A stretch of 64,000 bases of DNA, taken from assembly GCF_030028105.1 (NCBI RefSeq), contig NC_092384.1:67831548-67895547 (forward strand), given 5' to 3'. The translations under genes were made by a program, and so were the position numbers. Under the pieces are notes generated by a model, which saw only the letters and a program-made list of their open reading frames with translations, searched no databases and was not told where the DNA came from. Positions 61,128 through 64,000 of the stretch are shown one piece after another. Source of the stretch: Mobula birostris (Eukaryota). Position 1 is the first letter of the stretch; each line of letters starts with the position of its first letter.

Positions 61128-62746
61128 AGTCAACCAACCAACTGACATCACTGTAGAATATAATCACATACCATCTACCCACTATATGTGGGATCTTGTT
61201 GTGCCCCAGTTAGGAAGCATATCCCTGGCATTAGCATCAGTGGCTACACCTTGAGGGCATCTCATTGCCTGCAATGCAACTCGCTGTGAAAGACGCCATG
61301 TGAATGGAATTTGTTTCCCTCTCTTCCTTCTTCATTAAGAACTTCCTGAGATTCAGCCTCTTGTGCTCATTGCTCCCGAGTGGACCACGGCACATGGCTA
61401 GATGGTGGGAGTGAAGGCAGTGTCCAACCAGCTTATGACACAGATAAATGAAACTGGTACGATACCGCTGTGTTCTGCAGTCCCCTTTTTCAGAAGCTGG
61501 CATTAATATAAATACATCGTATTAACACTTGTTCTCCTCTGTCAGGATATAAATTAAGTCTGCAGGTGTTCAGAAAAGCTTACCCTTGGTACTAATTAAG
61601 CCATGATAATTAGGTTTGTTAATTTTATCCCTGTAAGCTTGTATCCCAGAAACACATTGCCCGCATGGAAGGGCTTTTAAAGAATGCTCAAAGATTACTC
61701 AGTCGTTTATGCCCCATGCAGAGTTTTAGTCAAAAAATCTGTAATGGGATCTACTAAAGGGAAATAATGAGCATCTTAAAATATAAGTTGGTAAGCAGTG
61801 TATAGGGGGACTTAAAAAGAGGGTTCAAGTCCAGTTGCAACAAGGCACAGTAACAATGCGGAGCGAGGTGACAAAGAGGAAAGGCTGATTAATTACTTCA
61901 AGGTTCGGGAGCTGGTGCGTCTCAGTCATAATGAAGCCCTTCTGTGTTGCCCATCACCACAGGAGGCTACAGTGTGAGTGAAGAATGGATTAAAGAGGGG
62001 GGAAAGTGTACAAAAGAGAGGGGTTATTGCATACTGCAGTGTCAGTTAGCCCGTTGTAGAGTTGTTCATCATTCCATCCCTGGTGGCCATTGGCAAGGTC
62101 CAGGCTCAAGCTGTAAAGGGAGCAGGAAACCTGACACAGGCCTCCAAATTTCTCCAGAGCTTGCTGAGGCTGCAACCCATATGCCACCATTAACCATCAA
62201 ACTTGGGCCTATGGGGGCCCTGACGACAATAAGGCTCAGAGTTGTTTTCTTGACTGAAAATGCCCAACCTTCTGCTTCAGATATACATGCTGTTAACAGT
62301 GGGTGTTCTGTGGTAAGTATAAGCTCCGGTTTACCATTAAATGCAATAAATAAATAACAAGTGTATTTATAGACAAAACTATTAATTAGATTGCATATAT
62401 AAAGTAGAATATATTGCACCTTTTTTCCATAACCTACTGGATAAAACCTGTATAAAAATTAAAGTTCACAATTGATCATTACTAATTTTATTCTGCCAGA
62501 TATTCTTAATTTGGACACAGATCTCAATGTAGCATTACTTCTTAATTAATTTTATTGAAATCAATTTTCAAATACCTTACGATAAAGAATATTTCATGTG
62601 CAAATTATCATTTTTGTTCTGCACTGGGGCGAAATAATCACTTCGTAGCAGGCAAAGTCATTGATCACAGCCAGGGAATAGATCTTATTAATTATAAAGC
62701 AGGAAATTGAAATAGCACTTTAAAAATGTGAGCTTCTGTATATATA

Positions 62747-63299
62747 CACTCAGTGGCCACTCTATAAGATGCGCCTGTACATCTGCTCATTAATGCAAAT
62801 ATCTAATCAACCAATCATGTGGCAGCAACTCAATGCATAAAAGCATGCAGGTATGGTCAAGAGGTTCAGTTGTTATTCAGACCAACCAACAGAATGGGGA
62901 AGACTTTAACCATAGAACGATTGTTGGTGCCAGACAGGGTGGTATGAGTATCTCAGAAACTGTTGATTTCCAGGGATTTTCATGCACAACAATCTCCAGG
63001 GTTTAGAGTTTGCTGCAAAAAACAAAAGAAAGATCCATTGTGCTGACATTCTGTGGGTGAAAATGCCTTGTTAATGAGAGAAGTCAGATGAGACTGGCTA
63101 GACTGGTTCAAGAGGACAGGAAGGTGACAGTAACTCAGATGACCAAGCATTACAATAATAGTGTGCAGAAGAGCGTCTCTGAATGCACAACACATCAAAA
63201 CTTGAAGTGGATGGGCTACAGCAGCAGAAGACCATGAACATGCACTCATTGGCCACTTTATTAGGTACAGGAAGTATCTAATAAAATAGCTACTGCAAG
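62747..63299 (+). mobile_element. Tc1-like deletion derivative, copy 4
   Basis: Begins CACTCAGTGGCCAC directly after a (TA)n run; same internal sequence and right-end structure as copy 3. Confidence 0.88.
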
Positions 63300-63759
63300 T
63301 ATGTCTGCATGTTTCTGTCCTTTTTTTTTACTCTTTTGTCCTATTTTCCTTGCTTATTTTTATAGACATATCCTACACCCCTTCCCCTCCCTAACATACA
63401 CACAGACACATTTTTTCCCTTTCTCTCCTGAAAGTCAGTTCCCCACACATACCTGTTGTCCAAGCACCCTTTCTTCATATGATGTTCTCTACAAAAGAGT
63501 ACCCAAGGAAGGGAAGAACCAACTCTCAACTCTCAATCAGAATTGCAGGAAGAAGAGAAAGGCTTTGTGAAATACTGGAAGAAAGTCAAGCATGAGAAAT
63601 TTTTCCACTACATCCTTTGTTGCCTGCTGACAGCAAGGCCATTTACAGACCCACTATAGAACCATCAGTTCCTGAGCTCTGATGGGTAAGTTGAACCAAA
63701 CACCTTCTTTGCATGTGAGTTATTGTCTCACTAATTAAGTTGCTAAGCCCAGCTTCCTA

Positions 63760-63980
63760 TGTTCTCTTTCTATCAGTTTTCCTTTTCTGCTTCCCTTTCG
63801 CTTTCACATTCTCTTCAGCTTTTTTCTCTTTCCTGTGCTTTCTTTTTAATCTCTTCTTCCCCCTTCACTCTCCCAATTTCTTCTCCCTTCCAAACCTTCA
63901 CAAGAGAACATATCCTTCTTTTTGGTCTCTTTTCCTCCCTTTCGTCATTCCTTTCTCCATTCCAGCTCTCTTCTTCCTTC
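63760..63980 (+). repeat. CT-rich low-complexity tract
   Basis: Read directly from the sequence. Confidence 0.8.
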
Positions 63981-64000
63981 TAGACTGCCTGATTACATTT

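Noticed and set aside
1-64000. CRISPR arrays, prokaryotic operons, rRNA and known miRNA hairpins
   Set aside because: None seen. The repeats are dispersed vertebrate TEs rather than regularly spaced arrays, and I recognised no mature miRNA sequence by eye.

Overview
Repeat-rich, AT-rich vertebrate genomic DNA that is intronic or intergenic. The repeat repertoire points to a cartilaginous fish, most likely a ray (inference): HE1/V-SINE-type SINEs, CR1 LINEs, Rex1/Babar LINEs, Penelope-like elements (PLEs) and Tc1 deletion derivatives. I found no host protein-coding exon that I can support; nearly all listed ORFs are TE fragments or chance ORFs. The largest element is a near full-length but inactivated CR1 LINE (~24855-29097, minus strand) with a zinc-finger/esterase ORF1, a broken APE-RT ORF2 and a duplicated 102-bp 5' monomer. 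The most interesting signal is that the abundant PLE terminal repeat folds into a minimal type-I hammerhead ribozyme (stem I / CUGANGA / stem II / GAAA-CGUC / stem I). Two copies with intact cores face each other in one ~870-bp fold-back element (56218-57087). Many shorter fold-back derivatives carry decayed cores, and one core was split by a young Rex1/Babar insertion inside a three-layer nest. Several TE-poor, motif-rich blocks look like conserved enhancers. TE boundaries were read by eye and are approximate unless a TSD or TIR is cited.
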